Shown in pieces: positions 27,521 to 39,972 of a DNA stretch of 60,133 bases (position 1 is its first letter; each line of letters starts with the position of its first letter). The stretch is taken from the NCBI RefSeq assembly GCF_001194135.2, contig NC_068985.1, positions 99,929,226 through 99,989,358 of the forward strand. The letters are read 5' to 3'. Source of the DNA: Octopus bimaculoides. Taxonomy: Eukaryota. Under the pieces are notes generated by a model that was given only the letters and a program-made list of their open reading frames with translations, was not told the origin of the DNA and did not search any database. Made by a program: the position numbers and the translations under genes.

Positions 27521-27762
27521 GTAAATCCCAAAGAATGGAACCAGAACACAGCTGTTGACAATAAAACATCCGAACAGACAGACGATACGAAGATGGACAG
27601 AAAAAAACAACAAAAATACGGACAAAACAGAACAAGGACGCACCATTCGTGGCCTTCTCTCCTCAGTTCAGTTTCCAGATTACCTTTAAAATTTCGGCCG
27701 AGACTGTTCAAATCTGCCTGGCCCCAAAAGTCTAAATTAATATTAAATGTTTCGGGAGAAAG
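27521..27762. repeat. Unclassified dispersed repeat module, copy 2
   Basis: Same orientation as 26687-26937, about 830 bp downstream. Confidence 0.8.
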
Positions 27763-28052
27763 GAAATGTATGTATATATATATATATNNNNNNNNNNNNN
27801 NNNNNNNNNNNNNNNNNNNNNNNNNNNNNNNNNNNNNNNNNNNNNNNNNNNNNNNNNNNNNNNNNNNNNNNNNNNNNNNNNNNNNNNNNNNNNNNNNNNN
27901 NNNNNNNNNNNNNNNNNNNNNNNNNNNNNNNNNNNNNNNNNNNNNNNNNNNNNNNNNNNNNNNNNNNNNNNNNNNNNNNNNNNNNNNCAAACATAAATCT
28001 ATACGAATGTATATAAGTGTGTGTATGGACATATGTATGCATCATATGTATG

Positions 28053-28089
<37 letters not shown>

Positions 28090-28840
28090 ATATATGTATA
28101 TATACAGCCGATTATGTTCCTTGTATTTGTTCTTCGTTACTCATATCTGTTTTTCTCTTCTCTCCATCCGTTGTTTTAATTCTTCTAAATTGACTTTGTT
28201 TTTCTCTCACGTATTTTGTTATTAAGAAATGTTTTTGTCAATTACAGTTATTTAAATGTACATTTCTACATTTGGACCCAACGGAACTCGGACTGACATT
28301 TAAATTGATATATAGAAAACCTTACGACGTTCTGAAATATATTACATTTAAAAATAGCTTGTTATACTTTGTGGTATTTTATTATTATTTTTTTTTGTTT
28401 GTTTGCTTGTTTAGAGTGACAGGTCAAAACCGACGTTTGGACTTACCGACTGATGTTTTCTTACTATTTCAGCTTCGGTAATTTGAAGTACTGTATTTGT
28501 ACGAAACCACAGTAACAAAGAAACAAAAATTCGTCCGAATGCATACGTACAAATATACATTCCAGAAAAAATTCTGCTGTTCAGTTCTATCAGAACGAAT
28601 TTTTTTTTGCAATGAAAATAAAATAATAATATAAACCTGATCGTAGAGATTATTTGTTAGAAAGCGTTTACACCATGGTTATCCGTTTTGTTCTTCTCAG
28701 TGCTGCATAGTGTGAATATTACTCCAAGATATCTATATCTATTATCTAACAGGTTTTCATGTTTAATTTTTTAAGTATAAAAAATTCAAGTAATCATTAC
28801 AATTTTAGCGACACTCAATATGCTTTATATATCGGAGGAA

Positions 28841-28920
28841 TTTCAACCATGTTTCGTGGTCTGCTACCAAAACAGCTCCTTTATAGGATCCAGTTAGCTC
28901 AAGACATCATCAGGAGGAAC
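28841..28920 (-). ncRNA. Degenerate hammerhead-ribozyme-like motif
   Basis: CTGATGA (28913-28907) ... GTCT/AGAC and GCTA/TAGC pairing ... GAAA (28855-28852) CATGGTT. Stem II register is off and stem I pairs only 2 bp. Confidence 0.4.
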
Positions 28921-29100
28921 CACTTCCGGTTTCGGCCCCTACTCCTCTACCGTTTTGACGTGTCGCCCCCCCCCTTTCGGAGGTGTCTTCAGCTCTGGTG
29001 TTGGTACATGCCTTCTTTCTTCTATTCCCTAGCCTCTTCGATGCAGCATCAACGAGTGTCAGCGTCCGACTGACTGTCGTGTCAAATTCCCCTTTTTATA

Positions 29101-29280
29101 CCTGCTGCTAGGCTCCAGCAGGCTGCCCCAGCAAGTTGTCACGTGACACAGTCTAAATTTCCCGCTGCTAGGGTCCAGTAGGCAGCCCCAGCAAGTTGTC
29201 ACATGACACTGTCTAAACTTCCCGCTTCTAGGCTCCAGCAAGCAGCCTCAGCAAGTTGTCATGCGACACTGTCTAAACTT
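29101..29280 (+). repeat. Minisatellite, 3 x 60 bp
   Basis: Units start at 29101, 29161 and 29221 (CC(T/C)GCTGCTAGG.TCCAG.AGGC.GCCCCAGCAAGTTGTCAC.TGACAC.GTCTAAA.TT) with few substitutions. Confidence 0.97.
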
Positions 29281-29783
29281 TAACTGATAATGGAGGGCGC
29301 GTAATCTTAGCGCACGCATGCTCTAACCGAGACCGTCACCTGTCAATCAGCGAAGCCACTTCAGTGTCATTCTGTCTCACCTTGACCCATGTAATAAAAC
29401 GTTCAATAAGCTTAATTTTTTTTCTCTTTTTGCCATCTGTTATTTCATTTTTGGTGTATATAAATGAAGCTATTTCCTCCGTTTGACTGCTTTTCTTTCT
29501 ATGAGAAGTTATATTGCGGAACAGTTATTTACTTTCAGGTGTTGCATTAACTAATCACCCGACGAGATACATCTGCAGAAACGGATGCTCGTGAAACAGT
29601 AGTTGATGTCTCACCCATGAGGAATCTATGCAAGATGTGTCAAAACAATTGCCGTGGTTAATAAAAAAATTCTCCTATATTCCGTCATCCGTAATTCATT
29701 TGCCATATATATATATATGCATTACGATCACTGTGAAAGTGACCGTGCTTTGCCAGTAACCCACCAGGTGTAAACCATTGTAT

Positions 29784-29787
<4 letters not shown>

Positions 29788-29835
<48 letters not shown>
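29788..29835. repeat. (TA)n microsatellite
   Basis: Read directly. Confidence 0.95.
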
Positions 29836-29839
<4 letters not shown>

Positions 29840-32800
29840 TTTATAAAATTAATATGTTACATTAATTTTAATATTAAACTTCAATAATTTTTCGTGCAGA
29901 ACACAATTCTCTGCAGGAGAAATATTATCGTCACCATCAATTTTCCATATAAAGATATGGTTTTGCTCAAAGCAGGGAATATGACATGTTCATTTAGAAA
30001 AAAAAGTTCAACATTACAAACGCGTCACGCCGAGATAACTGAATGCTATCATGTTGCAAAAGGAAATATCGTTCTGTCAGCGTTACGTTGGTGACACATA
30101 CATCAAAATATACAGTTAATATTTCACAATGAAATATTTCAAAACTTGCAATAAACGATTTCATTGAAATGTTGAATTTACGCATGGCAATAAATATATT
30201 AAGCATATTAGTAATTTCGAATTATGGAATTAATCCATTAATATTATATACTTATAAAAAAACACACACTAGGAATAGTTTTACAGCTTAGGAGGGGAAG
30301 GCGCTGCCCAACCCAATTTAATTACGAGACTCCTGGACGCGGTGGAGATTTATATCTTCTCCCAAATCGGAAAATAACTCAAATACTTGCAAGAGTAGAA
30401 AACGCTAAAACCACTTAGGGTAAACTAGGTGAAACGTTGAATATTCCTTTCAATAGAGTCACAATAGTTCTAAAACAATACGCAAGGTATACATTCAAAC
30501 GATCTAAATTTCCATCCGCCCGACGATCTAGATTATATAGGAAAGTAAAATATAATCCTACAGTGTACTGATACTAATGTACAAACAGGATGTACGAAGG
30601 TGTTTTTATCCAACATGCAAACATCTACGTCGTTGCGTGTCCTGTTAGATATAATAGCTAAACCTCTCTACATGAACTCAGTGCTGTTTGTTAACTATAC
30701 CACAGCTTCATTAGAGCACAAAAACATTGACAGAAGAAAAGTTGCATCCTTAACGGTAAACGGACAATAAACTTGTCGGACTTTACTGAACTATAGCGGT
30801 GTATGTGCAACAGACGAACATTTCCCGTGCATCTCAGCAGGAAGTAGCTTAAACGACAATCGGTATTTGAATTTAAAAGTAATACTTTGCTAAAGTTGTC
30901 TACATATATATATGCATAAGTTTGTGTGAGCTTACGTATGCACGCGTGCATGTGTATGTGTGTACACAGTATAATATGCCCTGATACACTACAACTTAAC
31001 AGATACTTTAGATGTAATGCACAAATAAATATTATTCAATATTAAATGCCAATAAATGTACTACGTTGTGACCCTAATATGAAAAGTGCAATAGGCTGAA
31101 CAGTTATAAACTTTTGTAAGTTTCATAATTAATATGAAGAGGCAGCATAGAACTTGCAATGTAGCCTCTGGAAACGTACGTATTAAAGGCAATCCAAATA
31201 TCACTAATTGGTTATGTGATAATCTAATCATATGTACGTATATATATTATATATATATANNNNNNNNNNNNNNNNNNNNNNNNNNNNNNNNNNNNNNNNN
31301 NNNNNNNNNNNNNNNNNNNNNNNNNNNNNNNNNNNNNNNNNNNNNNNNNNNNNNNNNNNNNNNNNNNNNNNNNNNNNNNNNNNNNNNNNNNNNNNNNNNN
31401 NNNNNNNNNNNNNNNNNNNNNNNNNNNNNNNNNNNNNNNNNNNNNNNNNNNNNNNNNNNNNNNNNNNNNNNNNNNNNNNNNNNNNNNNNNNNNNNNNNNN
31501 NNNNNNNNNNNNNNNNNNNNNNNNNNNNNNNNNNNNNNNNNNNNNNNNNNNNNNNNNNNNNNNNNNNNNNNNNTATATATATATACGTATATATATACGT
31601 ATACATTGAAATTATCATTTTACTGTAAAGGATACGGAGCGGACGTTAGTTCACTTGCGTTATTGCAATAATTTTACAGTAGCTGAACAAAATACCAGTG
31701 GTCGAAAGTGTTATGCTGTAACTTCCCACAATTAGTGCTTGTGTTAAATGGGGTGATAAATTATATCTACCATCTTTGCTGGATAAGACACAAATTAAGC
31801 CCGGAATGCATATATCTCTAACAGGATCACCTGACCCTGAAAGACGAATAGCAAATTTATTCTTATCGTGATTTTTCCTAAGAGTGCAGGGGACCTTCAT
31901 TCGTAACCAAAACAATTTGAATGGCAGCCTCAAAGTAATGGCGGAATACAAGGGAGAAGAAAGAAGTTGTCTATTAGATATTTTCGTATATCGTTTTCTA
32001 CAGTATCCTACTCTGACACAGTCTTGGTTCTCTTATATATAATCTTACCCTCTCTTGCTTTCTCTATGTATTTATGTATATCTATATTATATATGAATAT
32101 AAATATACAAGCCAACATACACTCACACATACATACATACATGCATACACAAGCCAGTTTCTCACATTTTCATATTATGGAACTGTTATTGTCGCAAATA
32201 TCTCCCCTTTTGTAGCTAAATTCCATGGCTTCTCTCTAGCATTGTTCCATAGAATTATTTGTTTTTTAATTATCGATTCATCTCCCATGCGCACACATTA
32301 CCCGAACACATATTTTTCAACTTTCCCCATTTCATGTGTAACATTTCCCTCACTGCATGCCTACATCTCACTTCCTCACACTTTCACTAATCTTGATTTC
32401 CTCCCTTCAATATCATACTTCTCTCGGTGTCTCTTTCCTCTCTCTCTCTCTCCCTCTATCTTTTTCTCTGTATCAATCTCTCTGTCTCACTCCTACTATC
32501 TGAAAACGATCGGCATTCAAGACGAGTCTATATTGTTTCTCCACAATTGACTTTAATCTATTACCGCTGGCAATTAAATGTAATTTAAGAGTATTTTCTG
32601 TCAGATGGTATGGTTAGAAAGAATGAACAAAGGGCAGATAGATAAAACGAGAGAGAAAAGACGGGGTCTGTATTTTATCATGATGGACATGATATGGTCT
32701 ACTGCTGATAGAAATTTTAATCATATTGATTTTGTTCGCTCTTGTTATTTTCCAATGTACCACTTATTGTATTGTCTGTATAATAGTTTTCCTCTATTTC

Positions 32801-32866
32801 ATAGGTCAATTGCCTCTATGGGGGTGAGTATTATTGCAAAAGAAGAAACACCCGCTCACCAACTTA

Positions 32867-32869
<3 letters not shown>

Positions 32870-32941
<72 letters not shown>

Positions 32942-33080
32942 GTATGTGGTTGTATGCATATATATGTATTGATGTATGTTTGCATACATACATAGATACA
33001 TACATACATATATACATGCATGCATACATACATACATACATACATGCATACATGCATGCATACATACATATATACACACA
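32870..33080. repeat. (AT)n followed by (CATA)n/(CATG) compound microsatellite
   Basis: Read directly. Confidence 0.95.
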
Positions 33081-34420
33081 CATTTATATATAGCATTCGC
33101 GTGTTTCTGTAAAGAGTAGTTGCAAGGTTAATTTCTATCAGTATATATATTTTTTATGCATTTCTCTTATAATGATACTTCAGCCGAATGTCACTGGTTA
33201 CAAACTGGTTAATACGTATATATTATATTATGTATTTTATTAAATGTGAAAAGATTATAAATGAAAACTCATGTATAAATAGATGAAGACGTTTGGCCAT
33301 AGAATATGACAGCTGCATTCACGTGCAGATGCTTTTTATTCGTACTGCCCACGGATTTAAAATGGCTACTATCCTGTATGGGGTTACAATCACACGATTG
33401 AAATTACGTGGAATGTTTGCGATAAAGGGGTGAACATAATTTTTACTTTGCATTTATTTGAAGAAACAGCTCAGAGTGCTTTATTATGTTAATTTAACAT
33501 AATTTCTCTTTGATAATATTAGGATATTTATCATGAAGACTTAGTAAATAAATATTTTGGTAAAAATGTGCAGAATGAATGAAGCCTTGTAAGAAATGAT
33601 TAATCGTTTCTGGTTACTGTTCCTGCCGGGGCAAAACTGTAGTTATGTATTCATATAAACACTCATTGTGAGTATTTTATTATAATAAAGTTCTGACTAT
33701 CTGAATAATCTTCTGTTAGAAGAGTGTGATGAATCTTTCTTAGGAACATCTCGAACGAAAGTATGAAATATATATTTAGGGTGATTAGATTGAGTACATA
33801 CGTAAAATGCTTCCCGTGGCGGAAACGTCTGTCATAGCACAGGGAGAGAAATAATTGTGGACAACAGAGTATCGTCACTTCATTGATTGTGGTCATATTT
33901 TACCCTTTTTACTATGCCCCCTTTTATTTAGACCTCGTGAGCCTAAACGGTTTATGAGAAAATCTTCACTTTACGCGCATTAATTTTAGAATCAAGTCTT
34001 AACGGGAAGTAACTGTTAAGATAAAAACTTAACAATAGCGTCAGTGCGTAAATGGAAATTTGTTGCAATATAATCTAAGTAATTTCTGAAGGGAGGCAAG
34101 ATTTTCATCCTCTCGTTTAACATAATATAATGTCTCCTCATTAACCAAATCTGAATGTGTAAGAAAACAACATACAACAGGACATTATAGATTGCGCATC
34201 ATCACTTACATATTTGTTCTGGAATTCTTCCTATTTACCACAAAGAACACGCAACATTCACACAAAACACTCTATACAAGTGATGAGAAATCATATCACC
34301 TTGCAGACACTGTAACAAATTTTATGCATATTATATGTTTTTATATGTACATACATATGTGTATGCATGCTTGAGTTTCCTGCATGTACACATGTGTGTG
34401 TACGCACGTAAAGAAAAAAG

Positions 34421-34557
34421 AAATTATCGACCCCGAAGGATGAAAGGCAAAGTCAACCTCGAAGGAATTTTAACTCAGAACGTAACGGCGCTAAGCATTT
34501 CCAAATACCGCTATGCATTTCGCCCGGCGTGCTAACGTTTCTTCCAGCTCACCGCCA
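34421..34557 (-). mobile_element. SINE family B, 5' part (3'-truncated)
   Basis: Reverse complement of ggcggtgagctgg.agaaacgttagcacgccgggcgaaatgc...tacgttctgagttaaaattcc...tttgcctttcatcc.tcggggtcgataa. Contains a small internal gcta.gcatttc duplication. Confidence 0.88.
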
Positions 34558-35375
34558 TGGTAAATTTAGGGATACTGTCAATTCCTCCCATCTAAACTGT
34601 ACAAAAAGAGAAGTAGTTCGTTCAAAATTCTTGACATTTGAACGTATCACTGCCTCAATTTGTTGTTATGGTGGAACGGCGGTGTCAAGTTTTACTTTGT
34701 AATTTGCTATAAAAATAACTTTTCCGAAAGTTCTACTTTTGGATGTGGAATTCTAAATAAGACAGATGTGTCATTAGCTAGCTTCTATTTTCTTTCCTCG
34801 GTAGTTTTGTTCTATACTGGGTATTGTAAGGTTTTGCAATTTCTTTGTATAAACACACCGATATTCAACAAAATGCTATAAAAATTCCACGCTAAAATGT
34901 GATGGCTATTGTCAGGAAATTTACAAGTATCTTGTTTGCAAATACAGTAAATATGCAAAAGGCATCGATCTAATAAACTTTGTTTAGTTATGGCGATAAA
35001 AAGATTATGTGGTTTTCAAGTGTATAATTAGTATTAGTTTGCAATTAGATATAAAACATGATGTGTTCGGTTTAATGAGTTTTCGATAGCGTGTCCACTT
35101 TAAGAGCAATTGATTTTTGTAATAATATTTATGCGTGATTCAGTTAATTGTTAAGATAAGTTGAATCGTCCTATAGTTTGATTTTCTATATTATTTCTAT
35201 ATTCTTTGTTGTATTCTAGCTTTCTTTCATTTGCTTCAGACATGAGGAGATAGATATTTCAGGACACCATATTGAATTATTATAGTATGTGCTACTAAGT
35301 TTTATTTTCCGAATCTTAGCGAAAACTCTTTATTGAACCGTTACAATTCAGAAGTTATAAAACTCACTATGTATG

Positions 35376-35409
<34 letters not shown>

Positions 35410-35534
35410 TNNNNNNNNNNTTAAGGAGTAGACAACCACCACCATGTATGTATGTATGTATGTATGTATGCATGTATGTATGCCTGATTGTTCAGTTTTA
35501 TTTCAAGATTTCTAACCCATATCCACGTCTCTTT

Positions 35535-35763
35535 TCTTCACGGCGCTCCAGTTCACTCAGCTGGCAAAAATGGGTAATCAAATCTGTATGTCAAGGGACC
35601 AGCCTAGTCATACACCGTGTCACGCTGAATCTCGCTGAGAAGTATGTGAAGGAGTACGCGTGTCCGTGAAGTGCTCAGCCATTTAAACATTATTCTCAAG
35701 AGCAAGCTGTTCCGTTGATCGGATCAAATAAAACCCTCATAGTTGTAAGCGACGGAGTGCTAA
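35535..35763 (+). mobile_element. SINE family A1, 5'-truncated
   Basis: gctccagttcactcagctggcaaaaatg...gtgtcacgctgaatc...ctgttccgttgatcggatcaa...gtaagcgacggagtgc matches the reverse complement of 600-830. Confidence 0.88.
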
Positions 35764-36084
35764 TATGTATGTATGTGTATATGTATGGATGTAAGTACAA
35801 TCAGTTTCTGCAGGAAAACTACGATCAGCTAAATAAATTTAAAGTGCTGATGTTCGGGTAGGTGGAGTTGTATTGGAACAAGTGGTTCGTGCGCTGTCTG
35901 CGGCCGACGGATATAATTGACATGAGTAAAAATATAGTTCTGTCCCTGAAACTGTGTTAGTTCTAAGTGTTTCAACAAATTCGTTGGTATATAACCTAAT
36001 GCACCTACGACGATAGGTATGCATGTATGTATTTACGTACGTACGTATGAACGTATGTATGCGCGTATGTATATATGCATGTGG

Positions 36085-36124
<40 letters not shown>

Positions 36125-36941
36125 TTACTTAGTTTTATTTCAACATTTCTTGCCAATACAGAAGGAGCCGGATTCGAACCTTGATCTAATGCTCCTTCAC
36201 TGGAATTTTAACATCTTGGTTTATATATACATCCTCATACATATATTTGTATGTATGTAGGTAAACGTGTGTGCCTGTATGCATGCATGCATGTATTTTT
36301 GTGTATGTATGAATGTATGTATGTATGTATGTATGTTCTTAACTAACGTCCTCACAAATTTACCATCACAAATTTCATTCACAATGTAATTTCCCGTACA
36401 TGTAACAGGCGACGTTTTCCAAGAGAATCCCAAATTGCACATGCATTAGGGCGTTAATTCTTTGCTATACCCCCATACATGCGTTTAAGAAATTTTACTG
36501 TTGACTAAACTATACAATTTTCTCTAACAATACTCAGAATTTTCTAGAAACGTGCTTTGCAAACTTAACTCCGACGTTTCTTCTGTGGATTGATTTTAGA
36601 ACTCAGGATTAAAATGCGCACACTCAATATCTCTCTGCTTCTCCAGCCATTTAGTTTGTTCCTACATGTTTGGTTTGTTATGCTCAGTAATGAGATTTCA
36701 AATAGCGTTGATTCAAATGGTGTGTCATACCCCGTATCCTCATTTTAAAAACGAGAACATTGTAGTCTTGCATCCACAAGGAATATCTCAAGGACTGGCA
36801 GTTTAAGCGTGTTACGTGTAAGAATTTAATTTTCTGAGCAGAATTTCGTTACATATGATGCCCGAAAATGTAACGCTCTCCAGCTAGAATAATGTTATTT
36901 TGCAACGTTTACGCAACACACATACACACACATATGTACAG

Positions 36942-36944
<3 letters not shown>

Positions 36945-36988
<44 letters not shown>

Positions 36989-37001
36989 NNNNNNNNNNGA
37001 G

Positions 37002-37048
<47 letters not shown>
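36945..37048. repeat. (GA)n/(TA)n compound microsatellite with 10-N gap
   Basis: Read directly. Confidence 0.93.
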
Positions 37049-37049
<1 letters not shown>

Positions 37050-37276
37050 GTGAGAAAATGTAAGAAAGTATCACTCATCAAAATTAGATGGAGTCTCAAA
37101 TATTTCGTAGCAAGTTCAATTGCCCCCACCCTTGCATCATTCAATATTTTGCGGGCAATCATAACTCTACCTGTGAAGATATTACTCATCTGTGCATGGA
37201 GAACATTTAGTAATTTAGAGAAGTGTTGAATATTTTTACATACACACGTATGTAGACACTGCAGAAAATGTTCATA

Positions 37277-37425
37277 TATGTATGTATGTACGTATTATGT
37301 ATGTAGTATGTATGTATGTATGTATGTATGTTTGTATCTATCTATCTATCTATCTCTCTCTCTATATATATATATCTACCTATCTATCTATCTATGTATC
37401 TACCTATCTGTCTATCTATCTGTCC
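37277..37425. repeat. (TATG)n/(TATC)n compound microsatellite
   Basis: Read directly. Confidence 0.9.
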
Positions 37426-38144
37426 GTCATTGTGCGCTCATGTTTATATCTTCATATAAACATGATATATTAAAAGCTATGCGCTTATATGTGTGTCTGT
37501 TATTTTGTATGCGTCGTGTAGGCACCCATGCGTAAATATTTAGAGAAAAAAATCTCTCGTTTCAATAATTAACCTTTCTTTCATGTAATTTTCCTTGAAG
37601 ATGAGAAACTATTCTACTTAAGCCTGAACAATAAGATTCTTAAAGTTAATTTTATTTAGAATTTATTATTATGTCTTCGTCTATTTATTTTAATCTAATA
37701 TTTAAAGAAACACCATCATAAAAGGAGATGAGAATTTCTAAATTATCAAAACACTGTGTCTTTATGATAAACATCATCTTAATGTAATATTTTATGGTTT
37801 CATTTATTATAGGCGAAAATAATTTGTCAAATATTATCGGTGTTAAATTGTTCTTATGATTTTTATTGCATATAATTTTCTGTGTTTTTACAATTAAGCT
37901 AATTGGGAAATTTCTGCATTAGTTTAAAACATTTTCGCTTTAAGCACTCGTCGCAAAAAATAGCTAATATTGTAGGGACGCATATTATGAAATGCACCTT
38001 TTACACTTTCAGCGTGTTAAATATTAGTAACTCCTCTGAATTTAGCTTTCCAATCACGTGAATGCATTATGAGAGCGCGATCAGTTTAGATATAGATGTG
38101 TATTAAAATACAAATGTTAGGGCGGAAAATTCTGCCAAAAAAGT

Positions 38145-38451
38145 GTTGTTGTTGTTGTTGTTACTCCGTCGCTTACGACGTCGAGGGTTCCAGTTGATCC
38201 GATCAACGGAACAGCCTGCTCGTGAAATTAATGTGCAAGTGGCTGAGCACTCCACAGACACGTGTATCCTTAACGTAGTTCTCGGGGATATTCAGCGTGA
38301 CACAGTGTGACAAAGCGGACCCTTTGAATTACAGGAACACCAGAAACAGGAAGTAAGAGTGAGAGAAAGTTGTTGTGGAAGAGTACAGCAGGATTCGCTA
38401 CCATCCCCTGCCGTTGCCTCGTGGAGCTTTAGGTGTTTTCGCTCAATAAAC
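38145..38451 (-). mobile_element. Family A element, subtype A2, (CAA)n tail, 5' end lost in gap
   Basis: Near-exact reverse complement of 17897-18192, with (GTT)n at 38145-38162. Confidence 0.92.
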
Positions 38452-39539
38452 NNNNNNNNNNNNNNNNNNNNNNNNNNNNNNNNNNNNNNNNNNNNNNNNN
38501 NNNNNNNNNNNNNNNNNNNNNNNNNNNNNNNNNNNNNNNNNNNNNNNNNNNNNNNNNNNNNNNNNNNNNNNNNNNNNNNNNNNNNNNNNNNNNNNNNNNN
38601 NNNNNNNNNNNNNNNNNNNNNNNNNNNNNNNNNNNNNNNNNNNNNNNNNNNNNNNNNNNNNNNNNNNNNNNNNNNNNNNNNNNNNNNNNNNNNNNNNNNN
38701 NNNNNNNNNNNNNNNNNNNNNNNNNNNNNNNNNNNNNNNNNNNNNNNNNNNNNNNNNNNNNNNNNNNNNNNNNNNNNNNNNNNNNNNNNNNNNNNNNNNN
38801 NNNNNNNNNNNNNNNNNNNNNNNNNNNNNNNNNNNNNNNNNNNNNNNNNNNNNNNNNNNNNNNNNNNNNNNNNNNNNNNNNNNNNNNNNNNNNNNNNNNN
38901 NNNNNNNNNNNNNNNNNNNNNNNNNNNNNNNNNNNNNNNNNNNNNNNNNNNNNNNNNNNNNNNNNNNNNNNNNNNNNNNNNNNNNNNNNNNNNNNNNNNN
39001 NNNNNNNNNNNNNNNNNNNNNNNNNNNNNNNNNNNNNNNNNNNNNNNNNNNNNNNNNNNNNNNNNNNNNNNNNNNNNNNNNNNNNNNNNNNNNNNNNNNN
39101 NNNNNNNNNNNNNNNNNNNNNNNNNNNNATATATATATATATACATTACATACCTTTGGTTTCTGCTTGCCACTGTTTCCCTTTCAATTTTTTAGAATGT
39201 GTAAATTTTTTTCTCCATTTATTCCTAATTTAGATTATTTCAATGTCTAAGTAAGTGGAAGTATTGATTTTGTTTTCATTGCCAGTCATTTGGGAATGTA
39301 GTATTGTAAATATGAAAGCAAATTCTTTTATGATATCTAGATATAAAATGTCTGTTTGATTAAAACGAACGATTGAGAGATATTCATTCCTTTTTGAACG
39401 AGATTGAAATTCTCAAGAAATATCAAAAATCTTCCTACTCAGGTATCGTTTAACTAGTCATTATACAAAAGCCCGTATTGTTTAAGCGAAAAATCTAATA
39501 CATTTCGTGAAAATATAACTGAGTGGATACACAATTCAC

Positions 39540-39660
39540 TTGGCAACGACGTGGTTTTAATTTCAATCCCAGTTAGCATTATATAGGACAAGCTGCTTCA
39601 ACTAGAGCACTTGTCAGTTAATGCATTCTGAGTAAATTCAGAAACTCGTCGTATATGGGT
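39540..39660 (+). mobile_element. Heavily degraded SINE family C head
   Basis: gtggtttt...ttcaatccca...ggacaag.tgcttc.acta.agc...gaaactcgtcgtata follows the family C motif order. Confidence 0.45.
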
Positions 39661-39902
39661 ACACATATACTAATATCATTTTACGCTGCTCCACGTACAG
39701 CAGAAAAACGTTGGCAGATGGACATAAAGTGTAGTACAGTCTGCCGAAGACGAACAGGCCGAAAACGCGAAGTCAGTATCGTCTTCCTTTTTGTAATATT
39801 TTATATGTATATTTTATATTTTGGCACTGCTTTCTTTACTTTGTCGCAAATAAGCACACATAAAACACACACACACAAACAGACACGCGCGCGCGCACAC
39901 TC

Positions 39903-39972
<70 letters not shown>
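39903..39972. repeat. (CA)n microsatellite running into a gap
   Basis: Read directly. Confidence 0.97.

Larger units (their letters stand above)
28830..29420 (-). mobile_element. GC-rich LTR/pLTR-like unit, unclassified
   Basis: Abrupt GC rise. On the minus strand the order is 3 x 60 bp tandem, TATAAAAA (29100-29093), hammerhead-like motif, then TATATA. Confidence 0.4.

Noticed and set aside
29101-29280. CRISPR-like or coding interpretation of the 60-bp repeats
   Set aside because: Contiguous tandem units with no unique spacers, eukaryotic context, and a stop codon in one unit.
8995-33828. Minus-strand short exon candidates 8995-9034 and 33802-33828
   Set aside because: Good splice signals, but two or three frames are open and the length is too short to support a call.
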